Positions 49,659-61,996 of a DNA stretch of 62,483 nucleotides are shown here, in pieces (positions within the stretch are counted from its first letter, which is position 1; each line of letters begins with the position of its first letter). The DNA is taken from the NCBI RefSeq assembly GCF_001194135.2, contig NC_068983.1, forward strand, positions 133,684,051-133,746,533, given 5' to 3'. The DNA comes from Octopus bimaculoides (lineage: Eukaryota). The position numbers and the translations under genes are program-made. Below the pieces are notes generated by a model. It had not been told where the DNA came from, ran no database searches, and saw only the letters and a list, made by a program, of their open reading frames with translations.

Positions 49659-49725
49659 TACATACACTCCCTGAAATTGCTGACCCTGTGCCAAAATTTG
49701 AAATCTATATAAGATCTAATCATAA

Positions 49726-49926
49726 GGCAGCGAGCTGGAAGAATCGTTAGCACACCGGGAAAAATGCTTAGCGGCATTACGTCCATCTTTGCGTTCCGAG
49801 TTCAAATTCCGCCGAGGTCGACTTTGCCTTTTATCTTTCAGGCCCGATAAAATAATTACCAGTTGAAAAGGTGAGATCGATGTAATTGAATTATCATCTT
49901 CTCCGAAAGTGCTGACCTTGTGCCAA
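49726..49926 (+). mobile_element. tRNA-derived SINE family B, full length
   Basis: GGCAGCGAGCTGGAAGAATCGTTAGC head, GAGTTCAAATTCC B-box, GGTCGACTTTGCCTTTTATCTTTC...GATAAAATAATTACCAG central domain and CCTTGTGCCAAAAGTTGAAAC tail. Confidence 0.85.
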
Positions 49927-49985
49927 AAGTTGAAACTGACATTAGATTTAATCGTTTAATCTGTCCCCCGGTTTAAGGCAATCAC

Positions 49986-50198
49986 CTGCAGAATGGATTG
50001 CACTAAAGCTAAAGGTGGGGCTTTAGTGCAGTCCTGCAGTCCATTCTGTTTTACCACCTCGGGTGAGACTTTAATGCAGTCTGTTCTCTTGATATCCTTA
50101 GTACTAGCTCCTCAGTCGGGGAATAACTTTGCCCCGTCCCACCCTCTTGCCTCCATTCTCGGTGTCCCTGAAAAATATCAAGACGCTCTCACACCCTC
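49986..50198 (-). other. Candidate 213-nt exon with stops in all frames, containing a hairpin
   Basis: Acceptor AATTTTTTTTCTCATTGCAG| and donor CTGCAG|GTGATT. Hairpin at 49989-50048. Confidence 0.25.
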
Positions 50199-50857
50199 CT
50201 GCAATGAGAAAAAAAATTATCTTAACTAAACAAGAGAAGAACAAGAACATTAACTAGTCCAATGTTTAGAAGAAATCTATGTAAAATAGAAGTAAGAAAG
50301 CGAAGAAGAATGAGGTAGATAAATCCGTGTTTATTCTACAACGGCGCGAGTTTTGGTAAGCAAACATGAGAATAGAAATTGCTTGATTTGGTTACTTTGT
50401 ATATATTTGGCATAGAAAATTAAAGCTGAGTAAATTATTGCCCGCGAGATAAGAAAGAAAGAAATTCTTGTCTTCTTGTATTTTTGTCTTGATCAGATAA
50501 AAGTGAAGATTTCTAAATGACATGCGAAAATCCTCTGAGTTCCTGTAAACGAGCACCGAAAAAACAAACTTTTGTTTCCTCGTTGATAAGAAATATCAAT
50601 AAATGAAGAAATATTACCGAAGTGGAATAAAATACAGAAACCAATAAAGTAAAATCAGGTATTCTTGTACAGTAGCTAGTTGGTTTAGCTGTGGTTACAG
50701 TATTGTTACTATTTAGCCCTTGGTCAACCCCGACCGAACTAACCTAAGGCCTAAGACGTTCTAGTCATGGTTGTGACCGTCTCGTCTTTTCTTTATATTG
50801 ATTGATTTATTTATTTATTTTTAGTAAATAATCTTAAAGTATGACTGAAGGCGTGTA

Positions 50858-51010
50858 GTCTAGTGGTTAGAGCGTTGAGTTCAAGATCATAAATTCGTGG
50901 GCTTGATTCAAGGACTAAGCGACACATTGCGTCCTTAAGCAAGGCACTTCATTTTACGTTGTTGCAGTCTACTTAGCTGAAAATTAATACCAGCCGACTA
51001 CTAACGCAGC
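50858..51010 (+). mobile_element. Degraded tRNA-derived SINE (family D) with CORE-like segment
   Basis: AGGCGTGTAGTCTAGTGGTTAGAGCG head and GCGTCCTTAAGCAAGGCACTT. Confidence 0.55.
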
Positions 51011-51333
51011 ATTCACTCTCCGTTCAGCAATTATCCTTGATGTTGTGTTGGGTCAAGAGTGGGAGGGACAGGAAGGTTTCTATGTCTAGCAGTGACTACA
51101 TAGAAGCAATTAAAGAAAGCATAGCATATGCTACCAAGTCATCCTTGCTTGCGAGTAACAGTTATCTACTTTATTAAGTGATGCTCCACCGTTTGCCCTC
51201 ACATTTCTTTGAAATCGATATCCAACATTGGATCAAGCTAACGAATATTGTGGATGAAATGCATATGGATTTCATCAACCTTCGTATATGACCGAGGCGC
51301 TAAAATAGACAATATTTCCAACATATACAAGTA

Positions 51334-51549
51334 CAAGGGAGTGCTGAAAAGTTCCTGGCTTTAATGGTATCGCGAAAGGCCTGGCTGGAGGCCCAACATT
51401 CCCAGTTCTTTTACAGGCTGAGAAAAAATGAAGGGCTGTTGCAATAAGTGTGTGAATCTGAGAGGGGAATATGTTGGATAAAATCATAATAAACTGATTT
51501 TCCTGTATTTTCTTTTATCCAAAGCCAGGAACTTTTCGGCATTCCCTCG
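51334..51549. mobile_element. mariner-derived MITE (216 bp), 29-bp TIRs, TA TSD
   Basis: TA|CAAGGGAGTGCTGAAAAGTTCCTGGCTTT ... AAAGCCAGGAACTTTTCGGCATTCCCTCG|TA. Its interior resembles the end of the mariner at 35399. Confidence 0.9.
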
Positions 51550-52383
51550 TACTTCAGCTCCTCCCATCACCCTCAATGTTTTTATGGAGAGTAAATATAA
51601 GCAGTTTCGTGTAGAGTTTTCTTCGTGGTAGAGTCACAATCTAGAGAGCGAGGTTTACATTTACATTTAAAATGAAACCAAAAGCAACGTATATTTTATT
51701 TCAGTTTCAACTTCAGCAGCAATATTTTTAAGCTTCTTGTTCAGTACTTTTTCTGGTTCAGTAAATTAAAGACATCATCACTCCTGCGCCCGCACTTTTC
51801 TTGATAGTCTATTCATTTAGTCTATTCTTTTTACAGACAACGCTTTTCAAAGACGTAAAGAAATTATTGCCATCGCGTCGTATATTTATTTTAACTTCTA
51901 ATTGTTAGTATTGATTAATTTTTACTATTTAGTACGAAAATAAACATAGAAAACAATTCTTCGTCTAAGAATAAATCCTATTTTGTGAATGTCAGCTAAA
52001 ACGTACTATTAATGAACTTAAATTGGCATATTTATTCTTTAAATCTAAGAATAACTCTATTCTAAAACAATAGTAGTATTTTCATTAAATTTGAATTGAA
52101 AATTATACCTTTTGCACCTAAAATTGCACATAAAAGCCATTATTTTTGCATCTTTTTATTTGCATCTAAAAAGTGATTTTCACTAAAATCGTATGCTTTC
52201 AAAACTTTGGAGACTTGGAAAATGTTTAGCTTGTGCAATGCTATTCCCAAAATGAAAAAAAAACACAATACAAGCATCTAGGTGGAACTGAAACTAGTAT
52301 TGAATCGAAAACGTTCAAAATCTGGAACTGTCCTTACTCCCAGCACCTTTTAAGTTTATTTACTGTTTTCAATGTCACCTTTT

Positions 52384-52771
52384 GCTTAAGAAATCTGCTT
52401 CCCAACTGCATGGTTCCGGGTTCAGTCCCACTGCGTGACACCTTGGGCAAGTGTCTTCTACTATAGCCTCGGGCCAACCAAAGCCTTGTGAGTGGATTTA
52501 TTAGACGGAAACTGAAAGAATCCCGTTGTATATATGTATGCATATATATCTATGTGTGTGTGTCTTTGTCTATGTTTTCTCCCCATCCCCGCTTGACAAC
52601 CGGTGTTGATGTATTTACGTCTCCGTAACTTACCGCTTGGGTAAAAGAGACCGATAGAATAAGTATCAAGCTTAAAAAATAAGTCCTGGGATCGATTCAT
52701 TCAACTAAAATTTCAAAGGCGGTACCCCAGCATGGCCACAGTCTAATGACTGAGACAGGTAAAAGATAAGA
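52384..52771 (+). mobile_element. SINE family A
   Basis: Family A body from TTAAGAAATCTGCTTCCCAAC to GGTAAAAGATAAGATA. Confidence 0.9.
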
Positions 52772-53502
52772 TACTGCACAAATTTTCACGAAATTTTCAG
52801 TATCAGATTCGACCCATTAGGATCTTTTAAAAAGCAAAACCATACGTATTTTTTTCTAAAATAACAGAGATATGTTGACTTAATCTCGTTCATATTTGAC
52901 TATCTTTTGCACCAGATTTAACTTAGTTTCTAGAAACAGATTCTTTTCCCTGAGAACTTTCCAATAAGCTAATTGGTACTAAATGTCTTCTACAAATAAC
53001 AGATATTATGATTTATTGACCAATTTGATCACATTTTACCTCATAAGTGTGTCTGTACAACACCGATTTTGAGATTTATAGAATTCGATTATTCTCAGCG
53101 GTATCTTTTATTTAAGTTTAACTAAAGCAATAAATGATAAAGAAATGAGGAAATTGCTGTTCAGTAGTTGTATCTGTTCGTTAATCCACCTTTTTGAATT
53201 TCTATTAGATAAATATAGATATGACTGTGTGAATATGACTGTGTATTTATTTAAGTATAACTTACACAATATTTATATACTCAAGAGATGATATATACAT
53301 TGGTTTTAGATTGGTTTTACATGAAGAATATTCCAGAGGGTGTACGAACTGTCTGTGATGATAGAGTAATAATGAAATTTGTGAGGGAAACCAAAAATGA
53401 GAAATAAAATTTTAAATAAGTTCAAAAATATCAACGACTTTGACGAATTAAAATGCTTTGTTCCATTTAAAATTATATGCATAGATTTAAAAAGCAATTT
53501 AT

Positions 53503-53509
53503 AAAAAAA
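53503..53509 (-). terminator. RNA Pol III terminator (T7) of tRNA-Ile
   Basis: TTTTTTT on the minus strand, 7 nt downstream of the discriminator base. Confidence 0.85.
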
Positions 53510-53516
53510 TAAGGTT

Positions 53517-53590
53517 TGGCCAGTATGGGGCTCGAACCCACGACATTCGCGTTATTAGCACGACGCTCTAACCAACTGAGCTAACCGGCC
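53517..53590 (-). tRNA. tRNA-Ile-AAT: tRNA-Ile (anticodon AAT)
   Basis: GGCCGGTTAGCTCAGTTGGTTAGAGCGTCGTGCTAATAACGCGAATGTCGTGGGTTCGAGCCCCATACTGGCCA (74 nt). Acceptor GGCCGGT/ACTGGCC, D-stem GCTC/GAGC, anticodon stem TCGTG/CGCGA, T-stem GTGGG/CCCAT with TTCGAGC loop. Confidence 0.97.
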
Positions 53591-53618
53591 GCCTGACTGC
53601 AACTGTTCTAATTTAACA

Positions 53619-53625
53619 TTATATA
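53619..53625 (-). promoter_or_regulatory. TATA-like element upstream of tRNA-Ile
   Basis: TATATAA at -29 to -35 from the tRNA 5' end. The position fits TFIIIB binding but the background is AT-rich. Confidence 0.35.
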
Positions 53626-53697
53626 GTATATTAGTGTGTCTTTGTGTTAATTTATGTTTATATGTGTGTATGTGTGTATGTAACTGCGTGTGCGTGC

Positions 53698-53745
<48 letters not shown>

Positions 53746-53758
53746 NNNNNNNNNNTGC

Positions 53759-53807
<49 letters not shown>

Positions 53808-54207
53808 CGCCCGCGTGCATCTGTGTGTGTACCTACGAGCAAACGAACGTGTATGTGTATCTGTATGTATTTGTGTGCTGTAGTTTCATGAGGCTGTTTA
53901 TGTGTGACGCCTACACAATATCTTTGTGTGATTGTTATGAAGGGAAAGACGAGGCGGTTAATATGTGTATCTATCTGTGCATTTGATAATATATATATAT
54001 ACATTCGTACATTAATATTCGTTTATAGGTGCGCTTTATCGCGAGTGTTAGTATTCCGTTATCTATTTGCGTTTTCTATTTGCTACGTATCTGTATGTTT
54101 CGTATTTGTTTATGTGCGAATGCGAGTATGTATGTGCATGTATGCGTGAGTGTATGTGGGTGAGTGTGTGTGTGTGTTAGTTTGCATGCACGTATGTATC
54201 TATACGT

Positions 54208-54285
54208 GTATCTTTTATCTTTTATTTGTTTCACTCTTGGACTGCGGCCATGCTGGGGTACCGTCTTAAAAGGTTTTAGTCGAAC
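54208..54285 (-). mobile_element. SINE family A 3' end, remainder lost in a gap
   Basis: TATCTTTTATCTTTTATTTGTTTCACTCTTGGACTGCGGCCATGCTGG. Confidence 0.8.
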
Positions 54286-54295
54286 NNNNNNNNNN

Positions 54296-54357
<62 letters not shown>

Positions 54358-54869
54358 AGAGGTGGAGGAATTGGTAAACTGGGGCAAAATGGGTAACTTC
54401 TGATTTCTTGTTACTTTCTCCCAACTTGTTTGAAATTATTACATTCCAAGTATTGCATCATCATTTTGTATTGTTGCATCATTTTGTATTGTTGCATCAT
54501 TTTTAGGGGTAAAAATTGGTCAGTATAGTTGTTGCTGATGTAGCTGAGAGGGTCCGAAACAGTAATAGGTACATTTTTTTTCAAGAAATTTTCCTTCAAC
54601 TTTGACCCGATTGTAACTGAGGCTGCAAATAAAATATCTGAATAATTTTTGATGTTTAACAATCAAGATTCTTTTCTCTCTATGGTTCCAAGTCAAGTTT
54701 TTCCCACACTAATATCTTATTTGATAATTTTCAATTTTCAAAGTCGATGTCTAAATTGGGGTAAAATGAGTAATGAGTAATTTCGAAAATTTTTTCTCTT
54801 TAAAATGGTGCCTTAAAGCATTGAGAAGAGCCTCGCCAGCAGATCATGAAGAAGCATTTTTATTTTTAT

Positions 54870-55276
54870 TTTTTATATTTTGTTTCAGTCACTTGACTGT
54901 GACCATGTTGGAGCACCGCCTTGAAGAGTTTTAGTCGAACAAATCGATTCCAGGCCTTTTTCATAAATCTAGTACTTATCCTATCAGTCTCTTTTACCGA
55001 GCCGGTTGTCAAGCAGTGGTGAGCGATAAACACAGACACGAGGACAACACAAATAGAGATATACATACATGTATTGACGGGATTCTTTCAGTTTTCGTTT
55101 ACCAAATCCACTCACAAAGCTTTGGTCGGCCCGAGGTTATAGTAGAAGACACATGTCCAAGTCCAAGGTGTCACTCGCATGGTTTTGAACGGCCCCGAGG
55201 TGCCACGCAGTGGTACTGAATTCGGAACCATGTGGTTGAGAAGCAAACTTCTTACCACAAAACCACGCCAGCTCCT
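54870..55276 (-). mobile_element. SINE family A with small internal rearrangements
   Basis: Family A reverse complement; local duplication GTCCAAGTCCAAGG and a short extra segment near 55170-55195. Confidence 0.85.
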
Positions 55277-55506
55277 ATAAAAATGCAAATGTTCCCATAC
55301 CAGGAATCGATCTCTGGTTGCCTGGGTGAAAGCTGGAAATATTTTTATAGTCTGTCTTCATTGATATATTTATCTGCAATTGTGTCTCTCTATGTGTACA
55401 TCACAGTATGTGCAAGTGGATGCCTTTGTGTTTGCATGTGTATATCTATTTTCGCATATGGGTGTGTGTATAATTGTAATTCATTGTGCTTGTGTGTGTG
55501 TGTGTG

Positions 55507-55545
<39 letters not shown>

Positions 55546-56852
55546 TCGTGTGTGTGTGTGTGTGTGTGTGTGTGTTCGTGTGTGTGTGTGTGTGTTTGTG
55601 CGTGTGTTTGTGTTTGTGTTAGTGTATGTGAGTGCTGCGCGTGCATGTGTGTGTGTGAAAGTGTTGACGTTTCGAATGCTTGCCCATCATCAAAGAAATT
55701 ACAGAAGAAAAATGAAAGAGGAAAGTGAATAAGAAAACGTAGTTGAATGGGGAAAAAACGTGAGAAGAGGGTTAAAGGCCAGATGGTAATGAAGTTCTGT
55801 GGAGAAGTTAAGACGGTGGGGAGGTGGTGGCTGTGCATGTATTGGAATGTAGCTATGTATTGTGATGGGTATAGGTGATAATGTGGGTCTAATCGTATTG
55901 TGTGCAACGAAAGCATAGAAATGAGGAGGAGAATTGGAGCGAGTGCGAGGTGAAAGGGAAAGCGAGAAAAATATGAGGTGTGTAGTAGAAGGTATGCGAA
56001 TGTGGTAAGATGACCGACTGAGCTGTCACTGAGATGTCCTCTGACATGAACAGCAATACAAGGAGTGACGGGTATACAAAGGTCGCAGACTGGGACATTG
56101 GTTCAGACGTCGACCTTTAGCAAATCGTCACTTTTGCGGAGCAGTACAAGAAGATTATTATCGCCGAGGTAACCAAAAATGACATGTACGCGAGTGAAGT
56201 GTTGATGACCTTCTAAAACCACAGAGCCACTCCCATAGTGGGTGCAGAAAGAAAAGTGAAACATCTGGTGGCACAAGGCAGAAAATTCTGCTGTTTGGCA
56301 GTAAGGGTTATTAGAAAGTTTCTGCTATAAGGCGTTTTAAGAGTGAAGAAGGAAGGAAATTGATGAACATCAGCAGGAGCAATACAAGATACTGTTTCCA
56401 GAGTACCACCAGTCGCAGCTCTAAGAATGGCGGGATTATTTGCCTTCCCCTCAGTGCAAACAATCGATGAGCAGACATCGAGGGCCTCCACCCTCTCTTC
56501 TAACGTCTTGTGACAAAGGAGAGCTTGTGGTGACTGGAGAGGAATGGAAAGCAAACACCCAAAAAATGGCACGAAACAATGAGCCCAAAATGTAGGCATT
56601 TGTGACTCAGGGAGAGGAGCCTACAACATCATAGAGTTGCTATTTCAGATCGACCCAAATTTAATTTTACCTCCCGATAAAGTGAAATCCTATTCAGATT
56701 TCCAGAGTTGGAATAGAATAAAATCTATATCAAATTACCCCTGGGTGGTAGCTGGAAAGTAATTTCATCTTACTCCACACAATTTCAAATGACTCCCTTA
56801 AAATATGTATTTATTTAACGTGTTTTATCCATGTCATATTGGCAGCACCAGC

Positions 56853-56914
56853 AGCAACAGCAGCAACAGCAGAAGCAGCAGCAGTACCAGAAGCAGCAGC
56901 ATCATCATCATCAT

Positions 56915-56978
<64 letters not shown>

Positions 56979-56992
56979 TGTTGTTGTTGTTG
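56853..56992. repeat. (CAG)/(CAT)/(TAG)/(TTG) compound microsatellite
   Basis: Read directly from the sequence. Confidence 0.95.
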
Positions 56993-57235
56993 TAGATTTA
57001 ATTCAAGATAAGGTGGTAAGGTGATGTACCGAGAAACACACCTGCTTTCTCTATGCATTCTCTCAAGGAATTAATATAACTGGTCATCCGTGGTTAAATG
57101 CTTCCAGATCTAACGAATCCTCAAGAATTTTACGACTCTCATCGCGCAACTAAATCATATAAACAAGACATTCATTCTCACTTTAGTCGTGGTTTGTATT
57201 ATGCGGAGAAAACATTAAGCTATAGATATAAACTC

Positions 57236-57291
57236 AAGGGAGATAACTTATGAAAGCAAGGGTAGTTAAAAAATTTACGAGTTATCTCCCT
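57236..57291. repeat. 13-bp perfect inverted repeat
   Basis: AAGGGAGATAACT (57236-57248) and AGTTATCTCCCTT (57279-57291). Confidence 0.85.
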
Positions 57292-57989
57292 TATTCGTTT
57301 CCTTTTTTTTTTTGTAAATTTGATTGATGGAATACCCTTTAGTCAAATTAACAAATCTTGGTTTAAATTCTTCCTGGATTATCTAAATATTACATTTCTA
57401 AATATAATCATATCAGGTCGCCTGTTGCAATGTAAATATAATTTTAATCAATTTAATATTCGATTATCTGAATATGCAACGATGACTGATACGAATTAAC
57501 GAGGGGATTTTGATGTGGTCAATCTCCTTTAATTTACACTCTATTTTCTGCAAAAACTGAACAGGACATTATATTTTGCCGTTAGTCAGAAATGACGTTT
57601 GGGTAACCTGGAGCAAGGCAACAACACCCACAACAATGTCAGATTATCTTTATAATTGTGTCTGTTTTCACTCAAACTCAACTTCGCAATATTTTAGCCA
57701 CCATCTTTAGAGATACTAAATATTTAATGATAGCTTGTCAAATTCAGTTTTGTAAATACTCAAACGTTAGTAACTACATGTATATTATTTACCTGTCAAA
57801 CTTAAGTGAATTTTATTGTCGTAGACACTCGGTGCTTTTTTTCATTTCTAGACGTTAACTGAGATCGTTTTTGATATTCTACCAGATATTAAAAATCATT
57901 TTAAATTGTATATAAACTTTTTTAATCGCTTACATGAATTTTCATATATTTGTTATTCATACGAAAATTTGTTTTCGATTAATTTGCAC

Positions 57990-58794
57990 ATGTCTTTATA
58001 ACAGCAACTAATAAACCATACGTGGAAATTAACCTTAGTTTAGTTACAATATGCAACCAGCCAATCAGAGTTCCCCTTGACCATCAACAGAAATTTTCGA
58101 CATCGTCAAGATATTCGACACACATGCGAATCTCCGAGCAAAATACTTCTTGACAATGGATTCTATCGATCATTCGTTTGATTGATCAATAGTTTCTCAT
58201 CCATTCGCACCATCGTTATATCCGAACGGAGTTCTCTCCGATCCACTCAGTACGATGTGTCCCAAAACTCAATTTTATCCCAACAATCTTCCGCCTATAA
58301 ATCAATGACTGCACTTCATTCCCCTTTATTCTTCTATGGCCATATAACAGCCACAAGCAACCTCGACACCTAATATCAAATATACAACGACCTCATGCAG
58401 AGATTTCGAACACATCCTCCTATGAGATGTGGTCAAGATCTTGTTTCATTCAACATCACAAAAGCACAATCATTATACAAATTAGGAAAATATTATTGTA
58501 ATTCATCCATACCTAAACATGAACAGCACAACAAGAATTCTTAAGGTTGTTAGAAATGCCTTCACCATCGCTAAGGGTCGAACTTGACGTACGCACATTC
58601 AAAACATAGCAAACATAGCTTTCGTCTTCAAAGTCAGAAGAAACTTCAGATCCACGCAACCAATAATCTTTTACAAAACTCAGGTTAGACACACATTAGA
58701 CTGCTCCTACGTCTGAATGCTGTTACGATATACACAAACATCCGACTGATTGGCACAAAGTCTCTCTCTGCTCAACGCTACAATCTCTGGTTTC
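57990..58794 (+). mobile_element. Highly degraded CR1/L2-like LINE RT, continuing at 61997-62220 after the hAT insertion
   Basis: QYDVSQNSILSQQ (~GVPQGSILSP) and HIQNIANIAFVFKVRRNF...FYKTQVRHTLDC (~LYK..VRP.LEY). Similar 3' LINE-like sequence resumes after the TSD. Confidence 0.55.
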
Positions 58795-59822
58795 TAGTGC
58801 TGGATTAACCGATAAGCAAAATAAGCACGTGCTTAGGGCACCATGGAAAGAGGGGTACCGTCTCTTCAACTTCTTATATGGACGGGGTGTTGGCAGCTAC
58901 ACTGCCGCAAAGCTGGATTTACAACTGAAATGAAGAAATGAATTAAATTTATAGCCATCTTCCAATTTTAATGCAAAAATGACAAATTTCTGCTTATAAA
59001 TAAATATGGTCGCAGATTGGAAGTTTTACTAGCTTTGAACACGTATAGCACGTGTTTGTATCAGTGCAAGTGTCAGGTAGCTTGTAAGTTCTCTGTCACT
59101 GGTTCATGGTGGTCTTCATTTCATGACGCATCATGGCACACTCAGCTCTGTTTGCCTATTATATTTAGTGTTTAATCTATTAAAATGATATGAATCGTTT
59201 GCTTCATATATCATTTACGCCCACCAATTCATATAAGAATCATTATCATTCAATTTATCTCTGATTTAAGACATAAAGATATAAAAATAATCGTAAAACA
59301 ACATGTGATTAGAAAAACCTATAATAAATTTAGATTATGGTTTTGGTAAAAATATTAATCTTATTTGCTATAAAAAGATTTTACTTTTGTAAACGAAAAA
59401 AATTTTTTTTCTAGTAGAGATTTTCATTTTGCGAAGTTTCTTGATTTTTCAAAACTATATCAAAATTTCTTGATACATATTGTAATTTATGCTTTTAAAC
59501 TTGTAATCTAATAAAATCATTTCACATGTGTGTAAATATATCATTTTTGTCAATGTATCAAATATGATGATTGATGCGCAGGTTATTAGTGAATACTAAA
59601 CACAAATTCCTCTGTCACATTATAATTTCATAATACTGCTTGTTTACTTCGTCTTCACTTCGTTTTTTTATCATTATAGTTGACTTTTTTAGACTTTTTA
59701 AAAATATGGTAAGTTGTTTTTTTTACTTTAAAAAAGCTTCATTTTGTATATCTAAATTTATCGCTATACAAAATATAAAAAGATATATTAAATTATAAAA
59801 ATGAATGTTTTTCACACACACA

Positions 59823-59874
<52 letters not shown>

Positions 59875-61996
59875 ATAGTTTATGTATATATTGATATTAT
59901 CTCAGTTTTAAAAAAAACCTTTGACAATGTAAATATGTTAATAGTTANNNNNNNNNNGGTTGTGTTATATATATATACATTAATATAAATATATTATATA
60001 TAAGGAAACATAATTATTTATAATGACTTGTGATGAAAATTACAAGATAAAAAATTGTTGCACTCATACCAGATAAAAACAAAATACTAAGTTGTCACTG
60101 CCACAACATGACTCCCACGAGTTGTACTAAATATAAAGTCGGTGTCCATGTTAAATGTTTTATTGATTTCCATACAATATAAAACTAAACACACACACAC
60201 ACACATAAAGAAAGATATGTTATGTAATCTTAGTTTTACTGTTTCTATTGTTTTTTTTCCTTTGATTGAAATTATTTGGTTTTGTTCAAAATTGTCAAAT
60301 AAAATTTTGCTTTTTTGTACTTATATATGACCAGCGTATTACATAGATACATCAATTTTTTTGTATGTAAAAAAAGGAAACTTTGAAAAAAAAACCTACC
60401 TATACGTTTTTTTTTTACTTCTGTATGAAGTTCTAAAAATATTTTTTTCAGTATTATCATATGCATTATGATATGACACCCAAAAACTGAGATGAAACAG
60501 ATTCAGTTAAGTGGTGCTCAAAAACGAAAATTAGCAAACAAGAAACAAGAGAAGACTTTGGAATTAGAATGCAAGACTGCAAAGTTGACTAATTTCTTCG
60601 CAAAAGATCCACAACATCAACATCCCCGTCTTCGGAAGCCAGCACAAATATGGCATATACCTCTTTGATTACTCCAGAATCAAATCTAGTGGAAATTCGA
60701 ATCACCGAAGCATGTTCATCTAGTACAAGTCTCGTAACTAATCGGAGTGATTTCATTTTGCCCGTAAATTTTCATGATACTGATATTTCTACTGTAAATG
60801 AAATGATTCATTCCGTAAAACATGAAGAAAATCGTAATTTGGCAGATCTAGGGTTCTGGTTTGATTTTTCTGCTGATGATGTCACTTACTGGATAAATGT
60901 CAATACTAATGGACCATTTGATAAGTCTTATCGTCACTTTATTAGCGGGAAACCAGTAAGGTATTGTTCACAGAAGCTCTTTATTGACACAAAGACCAAT
61001 GGTGAGAAATACGAGAGAGTTTATTGTTTTGTTTGTAAATTGTTTGCTCCATGAATTTGAACTTAAAAACATGTGCAGATCTGTATGTATCATTAGCTGA
61101 GCAAATGTGCACCTCACGAGATGAATTTGAAAAATATGAAAATGATGCTAAGGAAATGTTACCAGATGCTGATTACAAAGCAATTGCAACTCGCAAATGT
61201 ATCAGAAAGAAGCTACCCAATGACAGAGATGCGCCAGAAGTATATCTGAATGCTAGAGATAATTTTCATGTCACCACCTTTCTAAGAATTGTTGACAAAC
61301 TTGCAACTAAGATGAAAAGAAGAGGGGAGATATACAAAAAAACTACAGAAAAGTTTTCTTTTCTATGTGATGCCTCTTCAACATCTACTAACGCTGAGGG
61401 CTATTCTCACTATTGTCAAAACCTGATTGACACTTACACTGAGGACTTCAATAGCAATTTCTTAGCTGAGCTTGAGCAGTTTCATTTATATGTGTGCTAT
61501 AAGTTCAGTGCAACAGAAAATAGAAAAACTAGATTCAGTCATGCTGAACTTTTTAAAATTATATTAGAAGACAATATTGAGTGTGCCTTTCCAAATGTAG
61601 ATATTACCTTTCATTTATAACACTAATGGTCACAAATTGTTCAGCTGAGCTTTCATTTTTACAACTGAAATTTATCAAAAACCCTCTCAGGACAACAATG
61701 CAGCAAGGCAGGCTAGATGTCTTACCTCTACTGATAATAGAAGCAGATGTGTTGAGGAAGATTAACTATGAAGATCTGATCAATGACTTTGCTAAGAAAA
61801 AAAAATAAGAAAAAATTATTTAATCATTAGATATAAATATTATTTTCTACTTACAGATAGTTTTATATACTTTCGAATTTTCGATAAAACAAATGTTATT
61901 TTCAGGTTTATTATTGTTTATTTTTTCCATTACAATTGTATGGGGGAACCAAATTTTTAAGTGCTTAGGACCTCTAAGGATCTTACTCCGGCCCTG
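58795..61996 (+). mobile_element. hAT (Tip100/ZMYM1-like) DNA transposon, internally deleted, with TIRs and 8-bp TSD
   Basis: TSD CTGGTTTC at 58787-58794 and 61997-62004. Left end TAGTGCTGGATTAA versus right-end reverse complement CAGGGCCGGAGTAA. Contains LSGAQKRK, NGEKYER...VYCFVCKLF and the dimerisation domain AFPNV...VTNCSAELSFLQLKFIKNPLRTTMQQGRL. Confidence 0.93.
60490..61808 (+). pseudogene. hAT transposase remnant (N- and C-terminal parts joined, catalytic core missing)
   Basis: ORFs 60650-61054, 61051-61620 and 61581-61808 carry TTF-type Zn-finger-like and dimerisation motifs, with stops and frameshifts. Confidence 0.85.
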
